From the NCBI GenBank assembly GCA_032718475.1, contig JAUCBJ010003173.1:1-64000 (forward strand): a DNA stretch of 64,000 nucleotides, in the 5' to 3' direction. The translations under genes and the position numbers were made by a program. The notes under the pieces are model-generated. The model had not been told where the DNA came from. It saw nothing but the letters and a program-made list of their open reading frames with translations, and did no database searches. The DNA comes from Nemertoderma westbladi. Taxonomy: Eukaryota > Animalia > Xenacoelomorpha. Shown piece by piece: positions 34,769 through 47,480 of this stretch. How positions within the stretch are numbered: the stretch's first letter is position 1; every line of letters begins with the position of its first letter.

Positions 34769-35893
34769 AATTGTTAGCTGATTACGCCAGTAATTGTTAG
34801 CTGATTACGCCAGTAATTGTTAGCTGATTACGCCCGTAATTGTTAGCTGATTACGCCAGTAATTGTTAGCTGATTACGCCAGTAATTGTTAGCTGATTAC
34901 GCCAGTAATTGTTAGCTGATTACGCCAGTAATTGTTAGCTGATTACGCCAGTAATTGTTAGCTGATTACGCCAGTAATTGTTAGCTGATTACGCCAGTAA
35001 TTGTTAGCTGATTACGCCAGTAATTGTTAGCTGATTACGCCAGTAATTGTTAGCTGATTACGCCAGTAATTGTTAGCTGATTACGCCAGTAATTGTTAGC
35101 TGATTACGCCAGTAATTGTTGGCTGATTACGCCAGTAATTGTTAGCTGATTACGCCAGTAATTGTTAGCTGATTACGCCAGTAATTGTTAGCTGATTACG
35201 CCAGTAATTGTTGGCTGATGTACGCCAGTAATTGTTAGCTGATTACGCCAGTAATTGTTAGCTGATTACGCCCGTAATTGTTAGCTGATTACGCCAGTAA
35301 TTGTTAGCTGATTACGCCAGTAATTGTTAGCTGATTACGCCAGTAATTGTTAGCTGATTACGCCAGTAATTGTTAGCTGATTACGCCAGTAATTGTTAGC
35401 TGATTACGCCAGTAATTGTTAGCTGATTACGCCAGTAATTGTTAGCTGATTACGCCAGTAATTGTTAGCTGATTACGCCAGTAATTGTTAGCTGATTACG
35501 CCAGTAATTGTTAGCTGATTACGCCAGTAATTGTTAGCTGATTACGCCAGTAATTGTTAGCTGATTACGCCAGTAATTGTTAGCTGATTACGCCAGTAAT
35601 TGTTAGCTGATTACGCCAGTAATTGTTAGCTGATTACGCCAGTAATTGTTAGCTGATTACGCCAGTAATTGTTAGCTGATTACGCCAGTAATTGTTGGCT
35701 GATTACGCCAGTAATTGTTAGCTGATTACGCCAGTAATTGTTAGCTGATTACGCCAGTAATTGTTGGCTGATTACGCCAGTAATTGTTAGCTGATTACGC
35801 CAGTAATTGTTAGCTGATTACGCCAGTAATTGTTAGCTGATTACGCCAGTAATTGTTAGCTGATTACGCCAGTAATTGTTAGCTGATTACGCC
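34769..35893. repeat. Very homogeneous 23-bp minisatellite (AATTGTTAGCTGATTACGCCAGT), ~49 copies
   Basis: Exact 23-bp period with only a few single-base variants. Confidence 0.97.
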
Positions 35894-36176
35894 CTTGGGG
35901 CATAATCAAATTTAATTGGGAGAATTCGATAGTATTGTTTATACAAACTCAGTTTACATTATGTTTTTTTTTTTATTAAAATTTCTCGCTGTGATTTTTA
36001 AAAAGATTTTTCACATGAAACAAATTAAAACTGCAATTTAATTTCCTTTTAACGTGAATTAAATTTACAACCATATAATAATTTATTTGCTTATCTTTCA
36101 TTAAATTCTCATTAAATCAGGAAGTGAATACCTTTGTCGCTCGTTAGTAACCCATAAGGCGTAGCACGCATATTAA

Positions 36177-38329
36177 GGGGGGGGGGGGGGGGGGGGGGGG
36201 TACACCATTTTGGTCCAAAATATGTCGAAATTTTTTTTATGGTCTATTATAATGCACCATTGAATGGTGTTTCCAAATCTGAAAACCGCTATTTAACCCT
36301 TTCCAGCCCAGTGCTTTAAAATAAGTGTGGGCCAATGCTCCGTAAAATTGGAAAAATTGAAAGTTTTATTCAGAAATGTCCATTTTACTTTTCTTACACA
36401 AAATGATCTGTAGATTCCGAATTTCTGGATGATTTTTAATTTTTTTCAAATTTATCGATTTATTGATTAGTTATTGATTTTGATCAATTTATTTATCAAT
36501 TAATTGATTTGTACAATAGTTCATAATTAAAAATAATTTTTACATATTCTGACTTAAATTTTTATGTAGAATTTGAATTTCAAGTAAAAAAACATTTTTG
36601 AGCAAAATTTATTGATTGATTGATCAATTATTGATTTTTCGTCGCATTCCAGAAGCTGCGATATCTTTGACAGGTATAACTTTCTTCCCGGACGTAGTAG
36701 CTAAATCCAATGCTGCTTTGTTCGCTTGGTGGATTCTTTGATTGGTGCACTTTACAATTATGTCAATTAAATTATCAGTCAAGAAAAGATCAACAATCTC
36801 CAATTTCAAAATTTGTTGTATCCACACCCCGCCAGCCAGATGTTGAATTGAAACAGTGAGGCTGAAATGGATCCTGGTCTGGATCAATCGATTTCCAAAC
36901 ATTGGATTCAGGGAGCATAAAGCGGTCATCGTCGTCATCGCTACTACCGGTACCACTAACACTGTCGTCGTCACTGCCAGCTGTGTCAGCCTCACTACCA
37001 TCTTCGTCTATGTCTTCATCTGAATCCACTCCCGAAAAACCATAAGAATGGGGTGGTTTTCGTTGCCGTACTGGGTATGGCATTCTCAGCCAATTTCCAA
37101 CACTAGCTGACTAGGGCGTTAGGTCTAGTCCAGTAGTCGGCTACCGGTATATCCTACACGACTATATCCGGATTGTTACATTCGCGTGACAATAGTGTCC
37201 GACAGTCCGAAATTATAGCGAAATTATAATGGCTGAATGGAAATATTACTACTTAGGGATGGACTATTTAGGGTTAGTACCTAGGTTACTTACCGGTAGG
37301 CAGTAACCAAAACAATAAACAAACATCTATTGGTGCAATAAGACAGCCTACCAGTAACAGAATCCAGACTTCGGTACCTTAGATACTGTCTAAAAGTATG
37401 GGGGGGGGGGGGGGGGGGGCTAAGGGGAATACTGATGTATAACAAGTCGTATAAAGCCTTGAATGTACAATTGTACTGAACTGCAGTATCAATACAACAC
37501 TCTAATAAGGCCTAAATAGGTTTGAATTTACCGCCAAAAGTTGGTGTGCAGCATATTATATTGCCTAGAAATGCTCCAACAGCTCACAGAACATCCCTAG
37601 TACTGCTCTACAAAACAAACAAGCCGTACATCTCAAAGGATAACCATGGCATAAATATATGCCATGGAGCATTTAGTGGTGGCATAGATATATGCCAGGG
37701 CTGGAAAGGGTTAATAGCTCTTTTAGTTTTCAAGTTATGTAAATTTCCATTTAGGGAATCCTATTGAAATTACTATTACTAAGTATAATTAATGAAAGGT
37801 CGATTATCTCCATATATTTTTTTTATGAAATTGTCACCTTCAAAACCCTACTTCTTCTACAATTTTTGAGTAATTAGTCTGAAACTTCCTGTGCGTGTCT
37901 AGGTAGCCACCGTGCATAAAAGTATCAGGCAACTTTTCGGAATTTTTTGTTAATAAAATTTAATACTATTTATAAAAAACCTAAAAATTAGCATAAATTT
38001 GCAGCGCCACCTAGCGGTGCAGAATTATTTTAACAAAATTTCGCCTGATAGTTATGTTGCCCCATCTTTGATCTATCATATAAAAAAACTTTCATGTGAT
38101 TAGAATCAAAACTGTAAAAGCCTTAGGGTTTTAAGCGCAACCAAGTTTTTTTTATTGTTAACTAGTATTAACTAATATTAAATAGCGGAAAATTTTTTTT
38201 TTCTGACCTGTCATGTAGAATAGTATCTTAGGCACCTATATGCCAAATTTTAGCCAAAACCAAACAATTTTGAAACGCTGGGAGTGATAAATCGAAGAGT
38301 TGTCCGAAAATGGTGTACCCCCCCCCCCC
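36177..38329. mobile_element. Non-autonomous TTAA-targeting DNA transposon with G(n)TACACCATTT termini (Kolobok-like), host to a nested piggyBac
   Basis: TTAA at 36173-36176 and 38330-38333; TIR G(n)TACACCATTT / AAATGGTGTAC(n); empty site with a single TTAA at 57745-57748. Confidence 0.8.
36297..37710 (-). mobile_element. piggyBac deletion derivative with remnant transposase N-terminus
   Basis: TTAA|CCCTTTCCAGCCC ... GGGCTGGAAAGGG|TTAA; - strand acidic tract, then frameshifted DLFLTDNLIDIIVKCTN (PGBD N-terminal motif) in 36624-37083. Confidence 0.88.
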
Positions 38330-38523
38330 TTAAATAGAAATTCTCCGCCAACAGAAAGACGATTAATAATTTACTATTCAACAAGTGAATCTGTTGTTTG
38401 GCAGCTCGTTATAAATTACACCAAACAAGTGGATGGTTTCGTTGCTGGGCGGGTAGATTCGGATGGTTTCTAAAAACCCACTTAATGAATCGATGATTCG
38501 AAAGAACATAACATCAGTGGGAG

Positions 38524-39679
38524 GGATCTAGGACACTTCCCCCTCGCCCAAGTAGGACACTTCCCCCCCGGACAGTTCCCCCCCGGACACTTCCCCCCCG
38601 GACAGTTCCCCCCCGGACACTTCCCCCTCGCCCAAGTAGGACACTTCCACCCCGGACACTTGCCCCCCGGACACTTCCCCCCCAGTTAAAGTGTTAAAAT
38701 TAATCTGGGTGCATCAAAGCAATAAACAAAAGTTAAAGATGGTTACAGGACAAGTTGTATCTAGACAAGTTTTTTCAAAATTATAAAAGAAACATTTTTA
38801 TAGTCAAATTTTGTTTGTTTTTCTTTTAATTTGGGGCTGCCGCCCTCAAACCCCCGCTTCTTTTGTTGGAGGCTCACGCCCCCAAACCCCTACTTCTTTT
38901 CTTGGGGGCTGCCGCCCCCAAACCACCGTTTATATTCTTGGGGGTTATCGCCCCCAGACCCCGGCATTTCCCTGAGTGCCCGTGGTGAAAGACCGTTTTA
39001 AATAATCAATTCATGTTTGTATCATCAGATAATAAATTGACTAAGCCTAAAGTAGGAGCTGTATTGAATGTTAACCAAATTAATATATAAATTACTACAA
39101 TATTACAGTATATAATTCAACAAAATCCTATTAAAAATATTGCAAGTAACCAGGAAATTTAATATGTAGTGTGTATAATATCTATATAGTATGTATAGTA
39201 ATATGTATATTAATATGTAATGCTGAACACAGAATACAGGTCGACGCATGTCGATTTTACCCTGGAGAGGTATAATTTTGATTGCAACAATAATATTCAT
39301 CCCCATCTGCTACAATTTGAAGAAGACTATTACATAATAATACCTATAATTAAAACAATTAATTATTATAATTCTATAGTTAATAAAAACAGTATGGAAT
39401 TTATAGGTCATCTAATATAATTAATTGTTTAAAGATTAGCAAACAATACGATGTAATTGCATTGATAAAACCCATAAATAAAACTTGGATATAAAATGTA
39501 AAATCGGGATGCAAAAGATCACTTTCTGAGCTACGAAAGGAAAATTGGATACAACTTATCTGGATACAAGCGGTCCGTTTACCTTACAAAATGAAAAATA
39601 CGAATGTGCGAAGTTAAGAACAGTAGGGGGGGAAGTGTCCGCGGGGGGGAAGTGTCCGGGAGGGAAGTGTCCGAACACC
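38524..39679. mobile_element. Mutator-like MITE with 9-bp TSD and GGACACTTCCCCCC terminal subrepeats
   Basis: CAGTGGGAG duplicated at 38515-38523 and 39680-39688; termini GGATCTAGGACACTTCC / GGAAGTGTCCGAACACC. Confidence 0.8.
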
Positions 39680-39688
39680 CAGTGGGAG

Positions 39689-42600
39689 ATCATCTATGGT
39701 GGTGAACAGACATTCCTTTAGGAAACAGAGTGGAAGGGTTTACTGTGGAAGATCACCCATGGGGGGTGAACAGTCAATCTTTTAGGAGACATAGTGGAAG
39801 GAGTTACGGTGGAAGATCACCCATGGCGGTGAACAGACATTCCTTTAGGAAACAGAGTGGAAGGGTTTACTGTGGAAGATCACCCATGGGGGGTGAACAG
39901 TCAATCTTTTAGGAGACATAGTGGAAGGAGTTACGGTGGAAGATCACCCATGGCGGTGAACAGACATTCCTTTAGGAAACAGAGTGGAAGGGTTTACTGT
40001 GGAAGATCACCCATGGTGGTGAAAAAGCATTCCTTTAGGAAACAGATTGGAATGGTTTACCTTAGAAAATCACTCATTTTGGTGAACAGTCATTCCTTTA
40101 GAAAACATAGTGGAATGGTTTACTGTGGAAGATCACCCATGGGGGTGTACAGTCATTCTTTTAGGAGACATAGTGGAAGGAGTTACTGTGGAAGATCACC
40201 CATGGCGGTGAACAGTCATTCCTTTAGGAAACAGAGTGGAAGGGTTTACTGTGGAAGATCACCGATGGTGGTGAACAGTCATTCCTTTAGGAAACAGAGT
40301 GGAAGGGTTTACTGTAAAAAATCACTCATTTTGGTGAACGGGCATTCCTTTAAGAAACATAGTGGAAGGGTTTACTGTAGAAAATCACTCATGGTGGTGA
40401 ACAGGCATTCCCTTAGGAAATAACTTGGAAGGGTTTAATGTGGGTGGAAGATCACCCATGCTGGTGAACAGGCATTCCTTTAGGAAACAGAGTGGAAGAG
40501 TTTACTGTAGAAAATCACTCATTTTGGTGAACGGGCATTCCTTTATGAAACAGAGTGGAATGGTTTACTGTAGAAAATCACTCATTTTGGTGAACAGACA
40601 TTCCTTTAGGAAACAGAGTGGAAGGGTTTACTGTGGAAGATCACCCATGGTTGTGAACAGGCATTCATTTAAGAAACTGAGTGGAAGGGTTTTCTGTAGA
40701 AAATCACCCATGGTGGTGAACAGACATTCCTCTAGGAGACACAGTGGAAGGGTTTACTGTGGAAGATCACCCATGGTAGTGAACAAGCATTCCTTTAGGA
40801 AACAGAGTGGAAGGGTTTACTGTGGAAGATCATCTATGGTGGTGAACAGTCATTCCTTTGGGAAACAGAGTGGAATGGTTTACTGTAGAAAATCACTCAT
40901 TTTGGTGAACAGGCATTCCTTTAAGAAACAGAGTGGAAGGGTTTACTGTGGAAGATCACCCATGGTGGTGAACAGGCATTCCTTTGGGAAACAGAGTAGA
41001 AGGGTTTACTGTGGAAGATCACCCATGGCGGTGAACAGTCATTCTTTTAGGAGACATAGTGGAAGTAGTTACTGTGGAAGATCACCCATGGTGGTGAACA
41101 CACATTCATTTAGGAAACAGATTGGAATGGTTTACCTTAGAAAATCACTCATTTTGGTGAACAGTCATTCCTTTAGGAAACAGAGTGGAAGGGATTACTG
41201 TGGAAGATCACCCATGGTGGTGAACAGGCATTCCTTTAGGAAACCGAGTGGAAGGGTTTACTGTGGAAGATCACCCATGGTGGTGAACAGGCATTCCTTT
41301 AGGAGACACAGTGGAAGGGTTTACTGTAGAAAATCACTCATTTTGGTGAACAGGCATTCCTTTAGGAAACAGAGTGGAAGGGTTTACTGTGGAAGACACC
41401 CATGGTATTGAGCAGTCATTCCTTTAGGAAACAGAGTGGAAGGGTTTACTGTGGAAGATCACCGATGGTGGTGAACAGTCATTCCTTTAGGAAACAGAGT
41501 GGAAGGATTTACTGTGGAAGACACCTATGGTATTGAACAGTCATTCCTTTAGGAAACAGAGTGGAAGGGTTTACTGTGGAAGATCACCGATGGTGGTGAA
41601 CAGTCATTCCTTTAGGAAACAGAGTGGAAGGGTTTACTGTAAAAAATCACTCATTTTGGTGAACGGGCATTCCTTTAAGAAACATAGTGGAAGGGTTTAC
41701 TGTAGAAAATCACTCATGGTGGTGAACAGGCATTCCCTTAGGAAATAACTTGGAAGGGTTTAATGTGGGTGGAAGATCACCCATGCTGGTGAACAGGCAT
41801 TCCTTTAGGAAACAGAGTGGAAGAGTTTACTGTAGAAAATCACACATTTTGGTGAACGGGCATTCCTTTATGAAACAGAGTGGAATGGTTTACTGTAGAA
41901 AATCACTCATTTTGGTGAACAGACATTCCTTTAGGAAACAGAGTGGAAGGGTTTACTGTGGAAGATCACCCATGGTTGTGAACAGGCATTCATTTAAGAA
42001 ACTGAGTGGAAGGGTTTTCTGTAGAAAATCACTCATGGTGGTGAACAGACATTCCTTTAGGAAACAAGAGTGGAAGGGTTTAATGTGGAAGATCACCCAT
42101 GGTGGTGAACAGACATTCCTCTAGAAGACACAGTGGAAGGGTTTACTGTGGAAGATCACCCATGGTAGTGAACAAGCATTCCTTTAGGAAACATAGTGGA
42201 AGGGTTTACTGTGGAAGATCATCTATGGTGGTGAACAGTCATTCCTTTGGGAAACAGATCACCCATGGTTGTGAACAGGCATTCATTTAAGAAACTGAGT
42301 GGAAGGGTTTTCTGTAGAAAATCACTCATGGTGGTGAACAGACATTCCTTTAGGAAACAAGAGTGGAAGGGTTTAATGTGGAAGATCACCCATGGTGGTG
42401 AACAGACATTCCTCTAGAAGACACAGTGGAAGGGTTTACTGTGGAAGATCACCCATGGTAGTGAACAAGCATTCCTTTAGGAAACATAGTGGAAGGGTTT
42501 ACTGTGGAAGATCATCTATGGTGGTGAACAGTCATTCCTTTGGGAAACAGAGTGGAATGGTTTACTGTAGAAAATCACTCATTTTGGTGAACAGGCATTC

Positions 42601-45600
42601 CTTTAAGAAACAGAGTGGAAGGGTTTACTGTGGAAGATCACCCATGGTGGTGAACAGGCATTCCTTTGGGAAACAGAGTGGAAGGGTTTACTGTGGAAGA
42701 TCACCCATGGCGGTGAACAGTCATTCTTTTAGGAGACATAGTGGAAGTAGTTACTGTGGAAGATCACCCATGATGGTGAACACACATTCATTTAGGAAAC
42801 AGATTGGAATGGTTTACCTTAGAAAATCACTCATTTTGGTGAACAGTCATTCCTTTAGGAAACAGAGTGGAAGGGATTACTGTGGAAGATCACCCATGGT
42901 GGTGAACAGGCATTCCTTTAGGAAACCGAGTGGAAGGGTTTACTGTGGAAGATCACCCATGGTGGTGAACAGGCATTCCTTTAGGAGACACAGTGGAAGG
43001 GTTTACTGTAGAAAATCACTCATTTTGGTGAACAGGCATTCCTTTAGGAAACAGAGTGGAAGGGTTTACTGTGGAAGACACGCATGGTATTGAGCAGTCA
43101 TTCCTTTAGGAAACAGAGTGGAAGGGTTTACTGTGGAAGATCACCGATGGTGGTGAACAGTCATTCCTTTAGGAAACAGAGTGGAAGGATTTACTGTGGA
43201 AGACACCTATGGTATTGAACAGTCATTCCTTTAGGAAACAGAGTGGAAGGGTTTACTGTGGAAGATCACCGATGGTGGTGAACAGTCATTCCTTTAGGAA
43301 ACAGAGTGGAAGGGTTTACTGTAAAAAATCACTCATTTTGGTGAACGGGCATTCCTTTAAGAAACATAGTGGAAGGGTTTACTGTAGAAAATCACTCATG
43401 GTGGTGAACAGGCATTCATTTAAGAAACTGAGTGGAAGGGTTTACTGTGGAAGATCACCCATGGTTGTGAACAGGCATTCCTTTAGGAAACAGAGTGGAC
43501 GAGTTTACTGTAGAAAATCACTCATTTTGGTGAACGGGCATTCCTTTATGAAACAGAGTGGAATGGTTTACTGTAGAAAATCACTCATTTTGGTGAACAG
43601 ACATTCCTTTAGGAAACAGAGTTGAAGGGTTTACTGTGGAAGATCACCCATGGTTGTGAACAGGCATTCATTTAAGAAACTGAGTGGAAGGGTTTTCTGT
43701 AGAAAATCACTCATGGTGGTGAACAGACATTCCTTTAGGAAACAAGAGTGGAAGGGTTTAATGTGGAAGATCACCCATGGTGGTGAACAGACATTCCTCT
43801 AGGAGACACAGTGGAAGGGTTTACTGTGGAAGATCACCCATGGTAGTGAACAAGCATTCCTTTAGGAAACATAGTGGAAGGGTTTACTGTGGAAGATCAT
43901 CTATGGTGGTGAACAGTCATTCCTTTGGGAAACAGAGTGGAATGTTTTACTGTAGAAAATCACTCATTTTGGTGAACAGGCATTCCTTTAAGAAACCGAA
44001 TGGAAGGGTTTACTGTGGAAGATCACCCATGGTGAACAGGCATTCCTTTGGGAAACAGAGTGGAAGGGTTTACTGTGAAAGATCACCCATGGTGGTGAAC
44101 AGGCACTCCTTTAGGAAACAGAGTGGAAGGGTTTACTGTAGAAAATCACTCATTTTGGTGAACAGGCATTCCTTTAAGAAACCGAATGGAAGGGTTTACT
44201 GTGGAAGATCACCCATGGTGAACAGGCATTCCTTTGGGAAACAGAGTGGAAGGGTTTACTGTGAAAGATCACTCATGGTGGTGAACAGACATTCCTTTAG
44301 GAAACAGAGTGGAAGGGTTTACTGTGGAAGATCACCCATGGTGGTGAACAGGCATTCCTTTGGGAAACAGAGTGGAAGGGTTTACTGTGGAAGATCACCC
44401 GAGGTGGTGAACAGGCATTCCTTTGGGAAACAGAGTGGAAGGGTTTACTGTGAAAGATCACCCATGGTGGTGAACAGGCACTCCTTTAGGAAACAGAGTG
44501 GAAGGGTTTACTGTAGAAAATCACTCATTTTGGTGAACAGGCATTCCTTTAGGAAATAACTTGGAAGGGTTTAATGTGGGTGGAAGATCACCCATTCTGC
44601 TGAACAGGCATTCTTTTAGGAAACAGAGTGGAAATGGTTTACTGTAGAATATCACTCATTTTGGTGAACAGGCATTCCTTTAACCCTATTACCACTGGGG
44701 GGGGGGGGGGGGGCGAATCGGCCCCTTCCTAGTTTTTAGTTGCTGTAACTATGCAACCACATTACGTACCGGCCCAATTTTTTGTGAGAATTAGCCAAAT
44801 TTAATGCCGCATCTTTTGCAAAAAAAGCCGTTGCAATTGGATTTCTACTTTTCGATGTGGGTGCCACCTCAAAATTTGGTCTCCAGCACCAAATTTTTTG
44901 AAATTTTCGAATTTTACAAAGTCATTCGTGATTTAGTAATTATTTATGTTTGGGCTATTTTTATTTATTTTTATTGGTTTGGATCACTCTAATGCTCTAT
45001 ACAAGTATGTAAGTGTAGTGGTACGTCATTTTTGGAGCACCAAAATTAGGGCGTGGCACTTCAAATTTTGAAAAATACGAGATTCGGAAAATACACTAAA
45101 GTTTTGATTTGCAAAGCATTTTTATAGGTTTTCTAGAGCGCTGAATCGATTGAAAGTAATATAGAAGCCTGAAGACTTAGTGGTTCGCCATTTTTGGTGC
45201 ACCAAAATTAGGGCGTGGCACTTCAAATTTTGAAAAATACGAGATTCGGAAAATTCACTAAAGTTTTGATTTCAAATTAATTTTATAGGTTTTCTGGAGC
45301 GCTGAATCGATTGAAAGTAATATAGAAGCTTTGTGTACGTAATTTTCGGTGCACCAAAATTAGGGCGTGGTACTTCAAATTTTCAAAATTTCTTTATTCG
45401 GAAAAAACACTAAAGTTTTGATTTCAAAAAATGGCTAACTTCTAAGTCTTCAGGCTTCTATATTACTTTCAATCGATTCAGCGGCCTGGAAAACCTATAT
45501 AAATTCGTTAAAATTTCAATTTTTGTTTATTTTCCGAATCTCGTATTTTTCAAAATTTGAAGTGCCACGCCCTAATTTTGGTGCACCAAAAATGGCGAAC

Positions 45601-46270
45601 CACTCAGTCTTCAGGCTTCTATATTACTTTCAATCGATTCAGCGGCCCAGAAAGCCCATAAAGATGCGTTGAAATAAAAAAATTAGGGGCATTTTCTGAA
45701 TATCTAATTTTTCAAAATTTGAAGTGCCACGCCCACTTCTTAGGTGCACGAAAAATAGCATCCACTTCAATTTTTGGAAGTGGAATATAATCACATTCGA
45801 TTCAGCGTCTTGAAAAACCTACTAAATCTAGCCAACACTGCCACACTATTAGTTTTTAGAAAACGAAAAATTTTGTAATTTTGTCCTGGGACTACTTTTA
45901 TTTTTCATCAAAATTATGAGACCCTGCTTATGAAATTTTAACTTTTTAAGATTTGGTAGTGTTCATCTATAGTTGTTTCACCAACAGCCCAAATTTTGTA
46001 GGATTTCATTAGACGACTACAAAAATATAGTGGGTGGGCCGAATCGCCCCCCCCCCCCCCCCCCCCCCCCCAGTGGTGCTAATGGTCAAAACACCCCAGT
46101 GGTAATAGGGTTAAGAAACAGAGTGGAAGGGTTTACTGTGGAAGATCACCCATGGTGGTGAACAGGCATTCATTTAGGAAACAGAGTGGAAGTGTTTACT
46201 GTAGAAAATCACTCATGGTGGTGAACAGACATTCCTTTAGGAAATAACTTGGAAGGGTTTAATGTGGAAG
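39689..46270. repeat. 63-bp satellite (~80 units) with higher-order duplications, interrupted by a transposon at 44684-46110
   Basis: Unit GTGGAAGGGTTTACTGTGGAAGATCACCCATGGTGGTGAACAGACATTCCTTTAGGAAACAGA; diagnostic variants recur at ~1.3-1.7-kb spacing. Confidence 0.96.
44684..46110. mobile_element. piggyBac-type non-autonomous element inserted at a TTAA in the satellite
   Basis: TTAA|CCCTATTACCACTGGGG ... CCCCAGTGGTAATAGGG|TTAA; internal direct and inverted repeats carrying GGGCGTGGCACTTCAAATTTTGAAAA. Confidence 0.9.
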
Positions 46271-46779
46271 AACCCTCTGCACTAATTTCTAACAGACTTA
46301 TGTTCAACCACAGGGGACATGGACAAAATTTATTAATTTATAAATAAGTCTTTACAGAACAAAGGCTACCCCACTAGGGTCTTATTTAATCGAATCAACA
46401 CGCGCTTTAATAACCCTAACATTAAGCAAACCCCCACAGACAAATTAGATTTCATAGGTCTACCATACGTAACGGAACTAAGAGAAAACAAGCGACAAGC
46501 GGACAACCAAAACCGACAACCTTTATTGATGCAAATTAATGTGAATTATCAATTGAGAGAAAAGAGCAGGTTACAGTGGAATTTTAGTCTACCCAAAACA
46601 ATAAACGATAGTCATGAGAACAGGCTAGATTTTTATATTAGTTGGTTTCAGCAGTGGTAGTCGGCTGGCGGTTGTCGGCGCAGCATTTACACCCAGAAAG
46701 AATATCTGGTTGGTCTGCGGTTGATACCGTTTATTTCAGGGCGGAGGCTACAGTCTTATTTATTGAATGGGCACAAACC

Positions 46780-46925
46780 CATTTATATAGTGTCTGGTTG
46801 GAGATGTGTTCATCGTACTTAACATAGTGTACACGGCGCTGCATTCTTGAAGAAGTCCCATCCAGAGATTTAGTTAAGAATCCAGCATGGACTCCCATAT
46901 AGGAGTACTGGTACTACTGCTGCAA
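46780..46925 (-). mobile_element. Short degenerate RTE fragment
   Basis: TATAGTGTCTGGTTGGAGATGT and CCAGCATGGACTCCCATATAGGAGTACTGG match ~30855-31000. Confidence 0.65.
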
Positions 46926-47109
46926 AAAATACGACCCTTGAGATTCCGTTTTAATCCAAGAGACTCACAAAATGTAAAATTGTGTAAATCCGCATAACGC
47001 GCGGAAAAGCGGAAAATATTATTATTTGGTAACTTTATTCGCATAATATAAATATTATAATGGAAAATAAACTAATTCAAAATTGAAATTATCAAAAATT
47101 ACTGCTTAT

Positions 47110-47480
47110 CAATATATTTTGATACCCACTTGATCAGTGAAGCGATTATAGCAGTTTACCCTGAACCCATCTCCTCATGTGAGTTTATTTTCTGCTTGGA
47201 TAAGGTTTTGTTCTGCTATATGGATAGGCGTGTGCCCGATATTCAGTGTTCATACTTAAACTCCATTGAGATGATACACTATAGCACGGCTCTAACTATT
47301 CCTTTAGGCCTTATAACTTGAAGCAACGGCTAGCTCTCAATTAATTCTTAGATTTTAACAGCTCTAAACAGAGGACCTTGGAGGCATTTTAAGTAATGAA
47401 GTTATGAATAGGCCTGCAAGGAGCGTGTAGTGATGCTAGCGGGTAGATAATGGTGGGATATAATCTCGTGTTGGTTGTCA
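47110..47480. repeat. ~370-bp dispersed repeat; near-identical inverted copy at ~54884-55256
   Basis: The ORF track gives an almost identical 63-aa translation on + (47130-47321) and - (55044-55235); flanks also match. Confidence 0.9.

Noticed and set aside
39730-44559. Series of basic repeat-protein ORFs
   Set aside because: 63-bp satellite with frameshifts, stops and tolerated transposon insertions; no hammerhead core (CTGATGA...GAAA) seen in the unit either.
47130-47321. Duplicated 63-aa ORF (also 55044-55235)
   Set aside because: TTG start; identity is explained by a recent dispersed repeat; no protein motif.
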